Shown here piece by piece: positions 12,839 to 31,118 of a DNA stretch of 64,000 nt. How positions within the stretch are numbered: the stretch's first letter is position 1; every line of letters begins with the position of its first letter. Source of the stretch: Octopus vulgaris (Eukaryota); contig OX597817.1 in the NCBI GenBank assembly GCA_951406725.2, positions 147,250,001 to 147,314,000 of the forward strand. The letters run 5' to 3'. The translations under genes were made by a program, and so were the position numbers. The notes beneath the pieces were generated by a model, which did no database searches, was not told where the DNA came from, and was given only the letters and a program-made list of their open reading frames with translations.

Positions 12839-14109
12839 AGAACGGAATTTTGTCAGTGAACAGGTCGCGGCCTCAACGCGACGAAGATATTTTGGCAAAT
12901 TAAATTTAAATGTTAAAGTGAATCTAATGGTTTTTGTGTGCTTTAAATGACTTATAAACACCTTCCACGCTGCAATTGTTTTCGTTCCAGCACACTATCT
13001 TAGATCAGGTCACTTGCTATGCAAGTACATCTCCGTAATATATATCCGTAATATGTACTCTATCATGGTCCATACTGGATTCAGGGCTTCCCTACCGAGG
13101 TCACCGCTCAACCTGCAAGCCTTGCCTGAAGGAGGCACTTTATATATTAAAGCACAACTCTCCAGCACTGCTAAATAAACATAACGAGTCACTTAGCACA
13201 TGCAATCACCGCTTTTTTCACACATTCAATTTCTACCACAGATCCAAATGCCTAAACGACCACACAGTATATTTCCACAGTACCCCTTAGGTAGTCCCAA
13301 TAACCTTATAAATCTACATTTTAAACCCTAATCTCTCTCATACTGGAATATCACAGCCATCTAATTATCGTTTGTATATGAGTGCATGCATATGTGCGTG
13401 TATATGTATGTGTATATATGTGTGTATGTGTGTTTGTGTAAATGTATGCATGCCAAGTATATATACATGCGTGTACAGGGGCGATAATACATACAGATAC
13501 ACGTATATATGGATGTGCATGTGTACATACGCATATGAGTACGACTTGTATATGTAGATATTGATATGTATAAATATCTGTATAAATATATACACATGTC
13601 TAATAAATGCATCCTGTATACATCTTCACGTATATATTTTCTTCTACTATTAAGCACTGACCTGTCCAACAACCTAATCTATATTCTAAATTCTTCATTC
13701 CACCATATTACTGCTCCTCTCTCTACCCCATCACTTAGACTCTGTCACTACATAACTGACAATCATTTACCTTTTACACTATTATACCTCTCTCTCTATC
13801 ACCCCCATTACTTCTATCTTTACTCTTTACCCTCTTATAGTTTTACACTCTAATATCTTTCTTTCTCTATCACCCTAATCTCTCCACTCCTACTTTCAAG
13901 TATCTTGACTGACCACTAACTGGTGCACTTTCTCTGTCTTATCTGTATTATCTCTCTCCTTGTTTTTCTTCTTTCCTTTTTTCTTTTCTTACTTTATTAT
14001 TCTCTTCTTGTTTTTTTCTCTTTTTTCTTCTTTTTTTCTCTTCTTTCTCTTTTCTTTATTCCTCTCTTCCTATTTTCGATTTGACCTTACAAAAACATTT
14101 AGGTCACTT

Positions 14110-15400
14110 TAGATAAAACCTTCGCAGAGCTGAGGAGGCTGCCCAACATGAATCCCATGGAAATCGAGTGGAAAGTCACCGGGGAGTGTTCGGAGGATAG
14201 CTGGGATTTGTCACAAATATCAATTCATCTACCCCGTACCGAATGTGCATGAAACAGGATAGATTTAAGTGGAGGAAGACCAGAAGATGCTGGCGAGAAA
14301 TGTGACGCATTATCGGGAGCATTGTACCTCTCAATGGTTGACAGTTGGCCAGGGTGCATGATAATATGGAGGGAAATCAGGATAGGGAATGCTGCCGAAA
14401 TTGCAGAGGCGCTGCACACGGTATTTCTGGAAAGAGAACGAGTGGTCGTGCAGTGTTGACGGACAACATCTCAGTGTTACATTCGGGGCAGGTGACATTC
14501 GAAAGATAGAAAATGGGACAATTTTTTAGAATTGCGTACAAGAAATGGGAATAGGGAACGATACCTATTTCTTTACTACCCACAAGGGGCCAAACACAGA
14601 AGGGACAAACAAGGACAGACAAACGGATTAAGTCGATTATATCGACCCCAGTGCGTAACTGGTACTTATTTAATCGACCTCGAAAGGATGAAAGGCAAAG
14701 TCGACCTCAGTGGAATTTGAACTCAGAAAGTAGCGGCAGACGAAATACCGCTAAGCATTTCGCCCGATGTGCTAACGTTTCTGCCAGCTCGCCGCCGTAT
14801 AGGGAATAGGGTACTATACCGTCGCATAATAAAAGCCATGGCAGTTTTTATGGTACAGTATGGTGTCTAGGGTAGGACAAGCTGATGAATCGGTTCCACA
14901 GAGTTGTGTTTAAGTACGGATAGAAACAGCCAAGCGGTATACAGTAACAGAAGAAATGGAAGGGTCTGCATCTATTCAGATCAGGGACGAAGTCTAGGCT
15001 AAGCCGCCTCGTGTACTCAGTGGGAGAACCGAAGGGTGAATGCAGTGAACTTTCGGGATAACCTATCGATGGGCCGAATGTCGCTCACATCTTGGGCGTC
15101 CGTAGGATCGTCAGCCCCTATTGTGACGAAAAGAGAGGGATAGACCAGCGCCACGAGATTTCAGAGATCACAAAATGAGCATCGTCCACCCAGGTAGATG
15201 GAAAACTTTGAAACGGAATGGAAGGACAGTGATCTTTAGATCAGGGAGCCGTGTGGAGGAGCTAATAAAGACGTCCGGATCGGTAGTAAGGGGGAAATTA
15301 ATTTGCGTCAAGAAGCTATGCATTTGAAAAGCCTCTTTCTTCGTCAAGACTCTGAGGTGAACGGACCTGTGGACCGAATTTCTGAACGATAATAGATTCA
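14110..15400 (-). pseudogene. Highly decayed LINE apurinic-like endonuclease (APE) region, interrupted by a SINE
   Basis: Minus-strand motifs in APE order across frames: PDVLLA, FHLPGW..SRGAGLSL, SVTVYR, LLLCD, LSSEHSPVTF (SDH motif). Confidence 0.55.
14566..14796 (-). mobile_element. SINE family B, Tx1-tailed subtype, with 19-bp TSD
   Basis: Head GGCGGCGAGCTGGCAG; TSD 14547-14565 / 14802-14820 (2 mismatches). Confidence 0.9.
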
Positions 15401-15544
15401 GGCCAGAAGTTTTGGTAAGGTATGCTTGTAGGTACGCCCAGCAAGTTTTTCTGATCCTGATGGAGTGTACTATTGTCCAAAGTTCGTCTCGAGTTAATTT
15501 TTTATTTATTTTGCTGTGTGTGTTTGTGTGTGTTTGTATCTCAT

Positions 15545-15950
15545 TTTCTTTTACTTGTTTCAGTTATTTGATTGTGGCCATGCTGGAGCACCGCCTTTAG
15601 TGTAGCAAATCGACCCCAGGACTTATTCTTTGTAAGCCTAGTACTTATTGTATCTGTCTATTTTGCCGAACCGCTAAGATACGGGGACGTAAACACACCA
15701 GCATCGGTTGTCAAGCAATGTTAGGGGGACAAACACAGACACACAAACATATGCACACATACATATATATATACATATATACGACGGGCTTCTTTCAGTT
15801 TCCGTCTACCAAATCCACTCAACCAAATCCACTCACAAGGATTTGGTCGGCCCGAGGCTATAGGAGAAGACACTTTCCCAAGGTGCCACGCAGTGGGACT
15901 GAACCCTGAACTATGTGTTTGGTAAGCAAGCTATTTACCACACAGCCACG
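15545..15950 (-). mobile_element. SINE family A, full length
   Basis: tRNA head, internal CA/TA tract, AAACAAGTAAAAG tail. Confidence 0.9.
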
Positions 15951-16342
15951 CATGTGTATATGAATATTCCCATGCATTTATTTATGTACGTACACACATA
16001 TGATCTAAGATATGTACAATATTAAGAGAGAAATTATGCAAGCCTTTTGACTGGGTAGTTCCTCATATTCACAAATAGTTTGAGAGACCGATAAAGACAT
16101 GTTAGTATTAAGACCTCTCTACCTTTCTCCATAATCTGGTGAGAATAACAGAAATAGCTATTGCAAGGAAGTGAACAAGGGTTATAGTTTTCATCCACCG
16201 AAATCTTACAAGACACATACACACACAAAAGCAAACTCTCGTAAAAGTGAACTCGTGCACTAAAACACACATATAGAGAGACCATACAGCTTTGTGTTTG
16301 CGTGCGTGTGTGCATGTGTGCTTTTGTGTGATTGCGCATACG

Positions 16343-16402
<60 letters not shown>

Positions 16403-16439
16403 TGTGTCAGTGTTCGCGCGTGTGTATGTGTGAGTGTGT

Positions 16440-16483
<44 letters not shown>

Positions 16484-17404
16484 ATGTGTGTGTTATGATA
16501 TATTACGGTCCCCATCCCGAATCTCATGAGTCGTTGATACAAAAACCACCATTACGGAAAAACACAAACTCATGAATACACACACGCACACACGCACACA
16601 CAAACACACACATACACACACACACATACACATTTCAAAACACTCAACCTCACGCACTCTTTAACTCTTGCAAGACCGCCCTTCCTCCTCCTCCTCCTCC
16701 TCCTCCTCCTCCTCCTCCTCCTCCTCCTCCTCCTCCTCCTCCTCCTCCTCCTCCTCCTCCTCCTCCTCCTCTTCCTCCTCTTCCTCTCTCTCTCTAATTC
16801 TCTTTCACTTTCTTCCTCCACCTTCACCTTCACGCACTCTTTCACACTATCTCTCTCACGCACACACTCTCAAACACGTACACACACACACACGTGCACA
16901 CAGATATATATATATATATTCCCGTTTATTCCGTCGTATGATCTCAATATTTCAATGCGTTCCTGTCCATAGAATATTGTATTTCTGCATTACGAAACCC
17001 ATCACACGCTCAATCTTATGTTACAATACAATACAACGAACAGCAGTATCTCTTCTCTTTTGTCCTTCGACGACAATAATTGTGTGTTCGACAAAATCTT
17101 CGAGAATGTTACCTCCGGTCATACACTGCGCTTCAACTATTCATCTACACACGCAAACCTTTCTCTTTAATCTTCACTATCTTCATTTGTATTATGTTTT
17201 CAATGCTTCAGTATTTTTCTTTACAAATACGCCAATGAGATGGATATAAAAGATTTGCTGTCAAGGTAGCTTAATATTATTATCTGTCGGATTACTGGCC
17301 TTGCATCTACTAATGTATTTTGCCCTTCATACACAAGCTTCCCCACAAAAATCTTTTTTTTTTTTGGAGGTGGGGCCCTGAGGAAGAATCTATATCTTAC
17401 GTCT

Positions 17405-17623
17405 TTTCCTTGTTTCAGTCATTAGACTGCGGCCATGCTGGGGCACCGACTCGAAGAACGTTTTGTCGAATGAATTGACTCCAGTACTTATAGATTTTTG
17501 AAGCCTCGCATTTATTCTATCGAGTTCTCTTGTCGAACCGCTAAGTTACGGGGACGTAAACACACCTACACTGGTTGTCAAACGACAGTGGAGAGAAAAC
17601 ACAGACACACATACTCATACACG

Positions 17624-17674
<51 letters not shown>

Positions 17675-17691
17675 GTATATGTATGTATAGG

Positions 17692-17728
<37 letters not shown>

Positions 17729-17760
17729 TTCTATATTTGTATATATCTATATCTATATAT

Positions 17761-17817
<57 letters not shown>

Positions 17818-18035
17818 CATATAAACTTAAAATAATAAAGGTGAAAAATTAGTGGTCAGCCCTCTTATATGTATGTCATATATATATACACACATGCATT
17901 TTCGCCCACCAAATCCACTTTGGCCGGTCCGACGATATCGTAGAAGACACTTGTGCAAGATGCCCCGCAGTAAGACTGAACCCGGAATCATACGGTTAGG
18001 AAGAAAACAATTTTTTACCACGCACCCATTCCTGC
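17405..18035 (-). mobile_element. SINE family A with expanded internal microsatellite
   Basis: Both halves match other copies. Confidence 0.8.
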
Positions 18036-18819
18036 ACCTAATATATCGATTACTCTTTGGCCGATTCATATTGTACACCTTCAATAGATTATCATATTGT
18101 GCCCCATTCAGGTATCATCCCCATCACAAACGAACAGGAGATTCTATAGCGTATTATACGCAACACGATAGAAATAACGAATACATCTCAACTGCCACGC
18201 AATCAATTCTTCCTATCGTTAAAAATAAACGGAAAAGGAGAGAATAATGAGGTTTACAACGGTTTCCATCATCGATCTGTTCGATCAGCACTATCACCAT
18301 ACTCATACTCTTCATCGCCTCTTCCTTCTCTTTCTTCCAATTCTTCTTCTTCTCTTCTTCTTCTTCTTCTTCTTCTTCTTCTTCTTCCTCCTCTCCTCCC
18401 CTTCCCCTTCCCCTTCCCCCTCCTCCTCTTCCTCCTTCTTCTTCCCCCTCTCCTCCCCTCCTCCCCTCCTCCTCTTCCTCTTCTATTTATTCTCCTCCGT
18501 CTTCTTCTTCTTCTTCTTCTTCTTCTTCTTCCCCCTCTCCTCCCCTTCCCCTTCCCCTTCCCCCTCCTCCTCTTCCTCCTTCTTCTTCCCCCTCTCCTCC
18601 CCTCCTCCCCTCCCTCATCTTCCTCTTCTATTTATTCTCCTCCGTCTTCTTCTTCTTCTTCTTCTTCTTCTTCTTCTTCTTCTCCTCCCCCTCCTCATCA
18701 TCCTTCTTACTCATCTTCCTCCTCCTCCTCTCCTTCCTCCTCCCCTCCTCCCCTTCATCCCCTTCACCCTTCCCCTCCTCCTAACCTTTCTATGTGAGAT
18801 TTTGGGTGGTGCATCCTAA

Positions 18820-19228
18820 TAAAATCCTGTCATTATTTTTCTTGTTTTCATTTGTATTTTGATTAGCTCATTTAGTTTCCAGTTAAGCATATTGTAGGTG
18901 TAACATATAACTAGGACGGCTAGAGTGCTCATGCATATTATCTTGTTTTTTCGTATTGACCTCCGTTTTCAGTATTAATCTAACACGACTATAGTATTTT
19001 TTCTATTTTCTCTTTCACTTGTGTGTGTTGTGTCGTATCTAGTTCATTGTTTCTTCACTATTTGTATGTCTGGCTTTGGTCTAATTCTTTTATTACCTTT
19101 ACTTTACTTGGTATGATGTTGCTACTCTCAACTAGTTTTCTTCATTTCAAAGTTGCTTTTGCAAATTTTTCTAAACCCAAATTTCATGTTTATTTCTTTA
19201 GCAAATCCATGTACTGTCTGTAGTAATG
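18820..19228 (-). mobile_element. Dong/R4 LINE internal fragment
   Basis: ETLLQTVHGFAKEINMKFG matches 8410-8810. Confidence 0.85.
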
Positions 19229-19449
19229 TTTCTTCTTCTTCTTCTTCTTCTTCTTCTTCTTCTTCTTCTTCTTCTTCTTCTTCTTCTTCTTCTTCTTCTT
19301 CTTCTTCTTCTTCTTCTTCTTCTTCTTCTTCTTCTTCTTCTTCTTCTTCTTCTTCTTCTTCTTCTTCTTCTTCTTCTTCTTCTTCTTCTTCTTCTTCTTC
19401 ACCTCCTCCTTCTCCTTCTTCTTCTTCTTCTTCTTCTTCTTCTTCTTCA

Positions 19450-19491
<42 letters not shown>

Positions 19492-19510
19492 ATTATTATT
19501 ATTATTATCA
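19229..19510. repeat. (CTT)n then (TTA)n microsatellites
   Basis: Direct reading. Confidence 0.95.
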
Positions 19511-19514
19511 TTGT

Positions 19515-20203
19515 GTGAGAGAGCAGTGCATGCCATCAAAGTGACACTGGGTTGCAATTATACGAAGCCCAATATATTCAGAATATTTGCTGTAGCCTAT
19601 CTTTTATACCAAGAGACAATAATGCACATGATAACACTTCCAATCAGTTGAGATGAAAAGCGATGAGTACCACTGCCTGTTACTGCATCAGGGCATTTAT
19701 TATTATTATTGAGTGAGGGAGTAGTGCATGTCATCAAAGTGACACCGGGGTATAACTATATGAAGCCCGGTACACCCATCATGACTACTCGTGTGATAAG
19801 GGTACACCAGGCACATGCATCACAACCATACGTGCGCGTCATGGTGATCTCATATCAAGATAAACAGCACATGACCTTGCAGGTGGGGCCCAGTTACAAT
19901 TTTCTTCTAGTCAATTAACACATCCCGCTCAAAAGGTCCCTGAATAAGGATTGTTTAAGGATGTTGAACGAACTACTCCTGTTTCCAAAGTGAATTAACC
20001 AAACCTCCAAGAAACCCTCTCAACACATGGATATGGTGCTCCCCCACTACATGCTCAACTGGTTAAGGTCAAACAACCAACAAGCAAATCTGTGGTATTG
20101 AGCAGAATATTTGCTGTAGCCCATCTTTTATACCAAGACTAAACAATGTACATGAGAACACTTCCAATCAGTTAAGATCCGAAGCCAGGTACTGCATAAG
20201 GGC

Positions 20204-20205
<2 letters not shown>
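19515..20205 (-). mobile_element. Two copies (one internally deleted, one full) of the ~500-bp (TAA)n-associated element
   Basis: GAGCAGTGCATGCCATCAAAGTGACAC ... GTACTGCATCAGGGCATTTATT termini repeated at 19515-19697 and 19711-20205. Confidence 0.85.
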
Positions 20206-20252
<47 letters not shown>

Positions 20253-20254
20253 TT

Positions 20255-20490
20255 GGCTTGGATCAGGTTCGGTTTTATTCCTGGTAGGGGGTTACTACTA
20301 CCTCTAACTACTACCTTAGGTATCCACAACTTTTTAGCAGTGCTTAGAACCCTCCTAATAATCCTTGCTGTTCGTAAGAGACAAACTTCCTACAGTACCT
20401 CTACCGGGCATTTATTTCCAACCTCCTTCAGTCATTTGTCTATATCTTTGCTTAATTTTCTCGGCGCAACAATTATTATAGACACATTCT
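20255..20490 (-). mobile_element. Dong/R4 3' end, second family
   Basis: Minus strand reads VCLLRTARIIRRVL, homologous to ALLGTAHILRRTL. Confidence 0.6.
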
Positions 20491-20542
20491 ATACTGCCTA
20501 TAATAATTGCTGCGTTGGGAAATTATTATTATTATTATCATT

Positions 20543-20958
20543 ATTCAGTAGTTTTATTTTTATAGCGTGCTTTCACTTCACTACCGAGCGCAGCTCTGTG
20601 TGCCTTGGGTATGTGCTGTGATTTGTTGTGATGCTCTGATGGTTATTGTATGGAAAGTGTTCTGCGTAGGATGTGTGCAGTGCCTAGTAGTGCAATTTTC
20701 TGTATGTTATATGTATTTGTAAGTCCTGGTGTTTTTGTTATGTATTTGTCTGAATATTTTTTTATCATGCCTAATGCACCTACTATGATAGGAATTGTTT
20801 CTGTTTTCAGATTCCACATTCTAGTTACCTCTATTTCCAGGTCTTTGTATTTTGAGAGTTTCTCCATTTCTTTTAGAGACACGTTGTCATCAGCCGGTAT
20901 TGATACATCAATTAGAAAGCATTTTTTTCTTCATAATCTCTGACAACTATATCTGGTC
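20543..20958 (-). mobile_element. Dong/R4 LINE 3' fragment
   Basis: ORF 20643-20882 EKLSKYKDL...LLGTAHILRRTL; flanked by (TTA)n. Confidence 0.92.
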
Positions 20959-20983
20959 TATTATTATTATTATTATTATTATT

Positions 20984-21178
20984 CTAGGCTCCAAGTGTCA
21001 CCCAGAAACCTCAAGAGACAGGTTGGAAGTTCTGTGCCATATATTTATTTTTTTTTTCATTTTTGGGTTTTTTTTTTTGGTGTTGTACTAGTGAATGTCT
21101 AATACATTAAAAAAAAAAAGTTTGTTTTAAACCTTGGGATTACATAGAGAGTATTTTGCGTAGGATATGAGCAGTTCC

Positions 21179-21180
<2 letters not shown>
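20984..21180 (-). mobile_element. Dong/R4 3' end, third family
   Basis: Minus strand GTAHILRKILSM* with a different 3' UTR; (TTA)n flanks. Confidence 0.6.
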
Positions 21181-21812
<632 letters not shown>

Positions 21813-22384
21813 TTTTTTTTTTTTTTTTGCTACAGACTCGTTCATGTGTGATACAATCTTGCTCCAAGAGTTCTCAATATTTTTCAATTGTGACTAAAGT
21901 AATTATTTCTCATTTTTAACATCACTTCAAACAGATGATTATTGAAAAGATTTTTAAATTTTACGTCTTACTAAGGTTACACAACAATGTCAGCTTCTAC
22001 AGTGAGGTCTATTTTCATTCTACTGTCTAGCTTGAAGGCAAATACAGCCATTCGTTTTTTCCGGATACGGCCTCTGAACAAGGCAATTCAGATGCAGAGG
22101 AAAAGCGTAAACTAGTATTAATGACATAATAAACGACACAAATGGAGAATAATAATAAAATTTTCACACAAAATGTATAGCATTACAGACATGTTTTACA
22201 ACAACATACGGGTATGTACATCATCAGATAAAAGGCGGAAAATGGCACAATATATCACTTGCAAATTTTCTTTTCCACATTGTTTCCAAAGCTTAGCTAT
22301 GGAATATTTTGCAGAAATAACAAAAAATTAGCAGCGTTGATGTTCACAAGAGAGGGACCATTATGCCACAATTACACTTTTACC

Positions 22385-22594
22385 CCTTTACTTATTTCAG
22401 TCATTTGACTGTGGCCATGCTGGAGTACCGCCTTTAGTCGAGCAAATCAACCGCAGGACTCATTCTTTGTAAGCCAAGTACTTATACTATCGGTCTCTTT
22501 TGCCGAACCGTTAAGTTACGGGGACGTAAACACACCAGCATCGGTTGTCAAGCGATGTTGGGGAGACACACACAGACACACAAACACACGCACG

Positions 22595-22642
<48 letters not shown>

Positions 22643-22815
22643 TACATATATACGACGGGTTTCTTTCAGTTTCCGTCTACCAAATCCACTCACAAAGCTT
22701 TGGTCGGCACGAAGCTATAGTAGAAGACACTTGTCCAAGGTGCCATGTAGTGGGACTGAGCCTGGAACCATGTGGTTGGTAAGCAAGCTACTTACCACCA
22801 AGCCTTTCCTACGCC
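22385..22815 (-). mobile_element. SINE family A, full length
   Basis: Matches 15545-15950. Confidence 0.9.
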
Positions 22816-24189
22816 TATAATTCATCACAGAAGCTTGCTAAAGGAAGGAAAGCAATGTAGTTGTACTTTGTCAAGGTATGTTATGGAAGCGTTACCTTGT
22901 TAATTGCAAGGAAGAGTCAAGACTGGCAGACAGTTTGAGTAAAATAGCCTTTATTAGGAGTGAGAGGCCGTATGGTACCATATACATGTGACACATGTTC
23001 CCATTAGTGGTTACTCAAGTAAGATTCATAAATGAGTAACAAATTTGATATCGGTGATGACATCGGCTCTTGGCTATAGTCACCTTCATTTACAGGTAGC
23101 ACTGCAGAGGTAACTGACAGCAGTATGTGGTCGGCTGGAGTTAACATGGCATGTTCCTTTTTGTGATATTTGCATGATGTCCAATAATACGACCTACTCT
23201 ACGCTATAGGCATTTGCTTCCATATTGAAAAAATATTTTAACATTATGATAGCCAACGTTTATCCCATTATAAATTTCCGTGATGTTTCTGTCTGTTACG
23301 TCCTCTTAGACCGTTGATGCAAGGACAACGAAACTCAAACCAGCAATTCCTCTAATCCCAGGGAATATCCTAAGGGGATCTATTTTTTTAAGGGCCGCCT
23401 AACTGGGGCCCCGCTGAGACCCCTATTTTTACTACATTCTAAACTAAATACATGACATTGGCGACCAAATCGGAGCAATGGCAATGAATTTCATAACATG
23501 AACTCCCAGGAGGTATCGTAAGGAGGTTCAATTTCCGAAGGGCCGCTTAAACGTGGATCCACTGACCCCAGCTATTTTTACTACATTTACCTTGCTCCTA
23601 CTCTTATTGATTCAACTATGATCAGTACCAAAGCTTAGTATATCTATAGAAACTACCCTTGAAGCCGCTCTTCCTGCGGCAGTCAGACTAGTAAAAGAAA
23701 AAAAACTATTCAACTTGCAGTCAGTATTAGTCACATCAGATATATGAAACTTATCTTTTAGTATTTTTATTAAAACTAATAATCTTAATTCATGTATTTT
23801 AGATAATTCCCAACGTAAGTTCTTTAACGGGTATTGTTTCTGCATTTAGCACCCACGTTGTAGCCACTTTTATTTTCAGATCGTTATATGCAGATAATTT
23901 CTCCATTATCTTTAGAGATATACGAGCAAAACGCCCCCCGTTCAAATGGACGGTGCTGAGTTGTCCAACATTTAAACCAAAGTTTCTCAAAACAACTTGT
24001 CCGACCGTCCCATAGGCCTCCCATTTGAGAAACACTAATTAAACCTAAATTTGAGACACCAGCAAAAGAAGAAATAAATATAGACATTTTTTTCTATTCC
24101 AAAGAAAAACGATTTTATTCACTTTATCGATCGCATTCTCACCGGGAATCAATTTTTGTAATTTTTTTCAAGACTTATACACGCCTTGA

Positions 24190-24308
24190 TACTGTCGGTA
24201 TCTACATATCAAATTTGAGCGCAATCGGATGGAGGATGCCCGAGATCCTAGAAGCCACACATACACACGCACACACACGCGCGCAGAACGGATTTTATAT
24301 AGGAGATA
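24190..24308 (-). mobile_element. Non-autonomous Helitron/Helentron-like end
   Basis: TCTCCTATATAAAA, then (GT)n, then CCGATTGCGCTCAAATTTG: a pattern typical of such ends. Confidence 0.4.
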
Positions 24309-24427
24309 AGCATATTTTAAGACATATAATAGCAGACACTTTATTTCATGGTGTTTCTTGAAGGAGAAATAATCAGGAATGAATGAATTAATCAATCAGT
24401 CAATAAATCAATGAATCAATCAATCAT

Positions 24428-24499
<72 letters not shown>

Positions 24500-24514
24500 C
24501 CTATCTATCTATCT

Positions 24515-24664
24515 ACACGATCCCTATTGATCGTCCCCATCGTTTTTTTCCCACGATCCCTTTTGATCGGAACCCGACCCATTTTTTCCCTTCTCTTCTT
24601 CCCAAAAAGAAAAATTTGTATTTTGTCCCTTCTGTGTTTATCCCTGCGTGGCCAATAAAAAAAT
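24515..24664 (+). mobile_element. L1/Tx1 3' UTR fragment in (CTAT)n
   Basis: ACACGATCCCTATTGATCG and GTGGCCAATAAA shared with 28050-28312. Confidence 0.85.
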
Positions 24665-24666
24665 CC

Positions 24667-24762
<96 letters not shown>

Positions 24763-24763
24763 G

Positions 24764-24831
<68 letters not shown>

Positions 24832-24889
24832 CCTACCTACCTACCTACCTACCTACCAACCTACCTACCTACCTACCTTTCTACCTACC

Positions 24890-28866
<3,977 letters not shown>

Positions 28867-29599
28867 CCAGTTCAGTGCTAGGTTCGATGTCCCTTCACCT
28901 AAAAATGCTTGCCCTTGATATAAATATAAAAGAAATTTCAATTTTATAATTTGTAACATTTTGTTTACTTGTATAACAATATGGCTTCATCATCAAGCGT
29001 GGCGGTAAGAGGTGCAGACTACAATAAAGGTAACTGTTTACATCCACATCGAATTTTTGGAGAAAATTTGCTAAAAATTGTCAACACAGACTGTAAAATA
29101 AATAAAATAAAGTAAAAAAATGAGAGAAAAATTATGACAATTAAACTAAATAAACAGATGCAATTACGAATACAAACGCAGATATTGACACTTTGGAAAT
29201 TACCCAGAAAACATAAACGAACACATTTGTAGAATAAACAGAGACGCTGGTTATAACCTGAAAAAAAAAATCCATCTCGTAGTCAATAACAAAATTTGCT
29301 TTGCCAATGTTTTGAGGCAAAATAAAGTTTTCAATGTTAGACAGTGCTCCGAAAAATATAGAATGCTGAAGTTTTTTTACGGAAAAATCTAGCATCTTTG
29401 TGTGGCGACTTTATCGAAGAAAAGCGGTGTCTATACATATATTTCTGGAGAACCGGAGACGGTTTAATTTGCCGTTAAGCATTTCGCCCAACGTACTAAA
29501 GATTCTGCCAGCTCGTTACCCTTCAATGTAAAATAATAATAGCAAAAAAATCTTTTACAAAAAAATCTTTTTGCTCTTAGGCAAGGATGTGAATAGGTG

Positions 29600-31078
29600 T
29601 TTTCTACTAATTTTGATGTGGTGAATTCAATTTTCTGAGCAGTTTTGCTCTATCGCCTCCTCCAGGTTTTGCTTTCACATATCCCATTTTATTTATACTG
29701 CATATAAATTCGAAATACAATGTGTAATATGCCTCTGTTACAAAGGCATATTACAGAAAAAATACCCAGCATACAGAACTTTAATGGAACTAAATCACTT
29801 GGATAATACAATACACACAAATCATAGAACAGGGGAAAGTTTGAAGTGAGTGTTTTTTTTTTATGATCTTGTGTACTTTGCCTCCTGGATGTCACGCAAG
29901 AGTAACCAGCAAAAGTCCCCCATCATGCTGGGGGTTCCACTTGTCTTGGTAGTTGCTCTCCATCTTAGTAATATCTTGGTGGAACCTTTCTCCATGCTCA
30001 TCACTCACTGCTCCGAGCTTCGGAGGGAAGAAGTTGAGGTGGGAGAGGTGAAAATGAATTTTGAGCGACATTCGGCACCCCGTATCCTCATAAGACTGTA
30101 ACAACTTCTCGATAAACTCTTGGTAATCTAGTACCCATGTGTTACCAAGAAAGCGATGGCAGACTGACTTAAATTCTTTTCATGCTCTCAGTTCCTTTAA
30201 CGTAAGAAGCTCCTCAAATCCCTTCTTCTTCAGCACTTCTCGCATGTGAGGCCCGACGAAGATACCCCACTGCAGTTTAGCGGAACTCAGAGCTGGGGAT
30301 AGAGTGTACAAGTGTTCAAAGGCAGAGCCATTTTTATCCATGGCCTTCACGAATTTCTTTATTAAACTAGGTGATTTTCTTGGACACTGTTTTCATCAGG
30401 CACGAAATGCTCCTAGATACCCACCCCTTCTGTTTGTAGTGGTTAGACACAGTCCGACTGTCCCAGACACAGAGATAGCAACAGTGCTTTGTGAAGCTAG
30501 CTTGTATACCCATAAGGGTCCAGTGATCTTGAGGTCTCCGCAGAGACTCCGCTGGTACTGGTCGTACTTGACAGCTTCTAAAAAGGAGTTCCATATTATA
30601 CGACTCCTATATGGACTGAGTAGGCAATGGAAATGCTGGGGCACTTAGCACAGCCTTCAGACTTTGCTTGGAAGAGTCTATGGAATGATGCCAATCTGAG
30701 GGCTTGTGTGGGAAAGCAAGGAAGGTGAACAAGCTAGAGACAGTTGTGCAGTAGCACAACCTGTTTTTCATGTCGAAGAATGAAACAAAGTCTTGGTTCC
30801 ATGTCCTGAAACTGGTGATCCTGACATCTGTCTTAACCAGGTTCCATTACTTAAGCCGGAGCTCTGACCGCTGCTTAGATAGATACAAATAATGGGAAAG
30901 GTCATTCAGGACTTCCTGCGTGATCCAGTGGGGTTCATTGCCACTTGTTCCTGAATAAACAGAGACATTACAGTTCTTAACCGGTACGCCATATGCCCAC
31001 GGGCATATGGCGTATCGGTTAAGAGCGCGGGCTACTAGCCCCAAGATTCCGAGTTCGATTCGAAGCAGTGACCTGAAC

Positions 31079-31118
<40 letters not shown>

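Noticed and set aside
14882-14930. CTGATGAA...GAAAC hammerhead-like spacing
   Set aside because: No stem I or II pairing; lies within a LINE endonuclease relic
22030-22130. Possible plus-strand exon (LEGKYSHSFFPD...)
   Set aside because: Only an acceptor-like site and a short open frame; no recognisable homology
28981-29035. ATG-initiated mini-exon MASSSSVAVRGADYNK with GT donor
   Set aside because: Too short, weak donor, no linked exons
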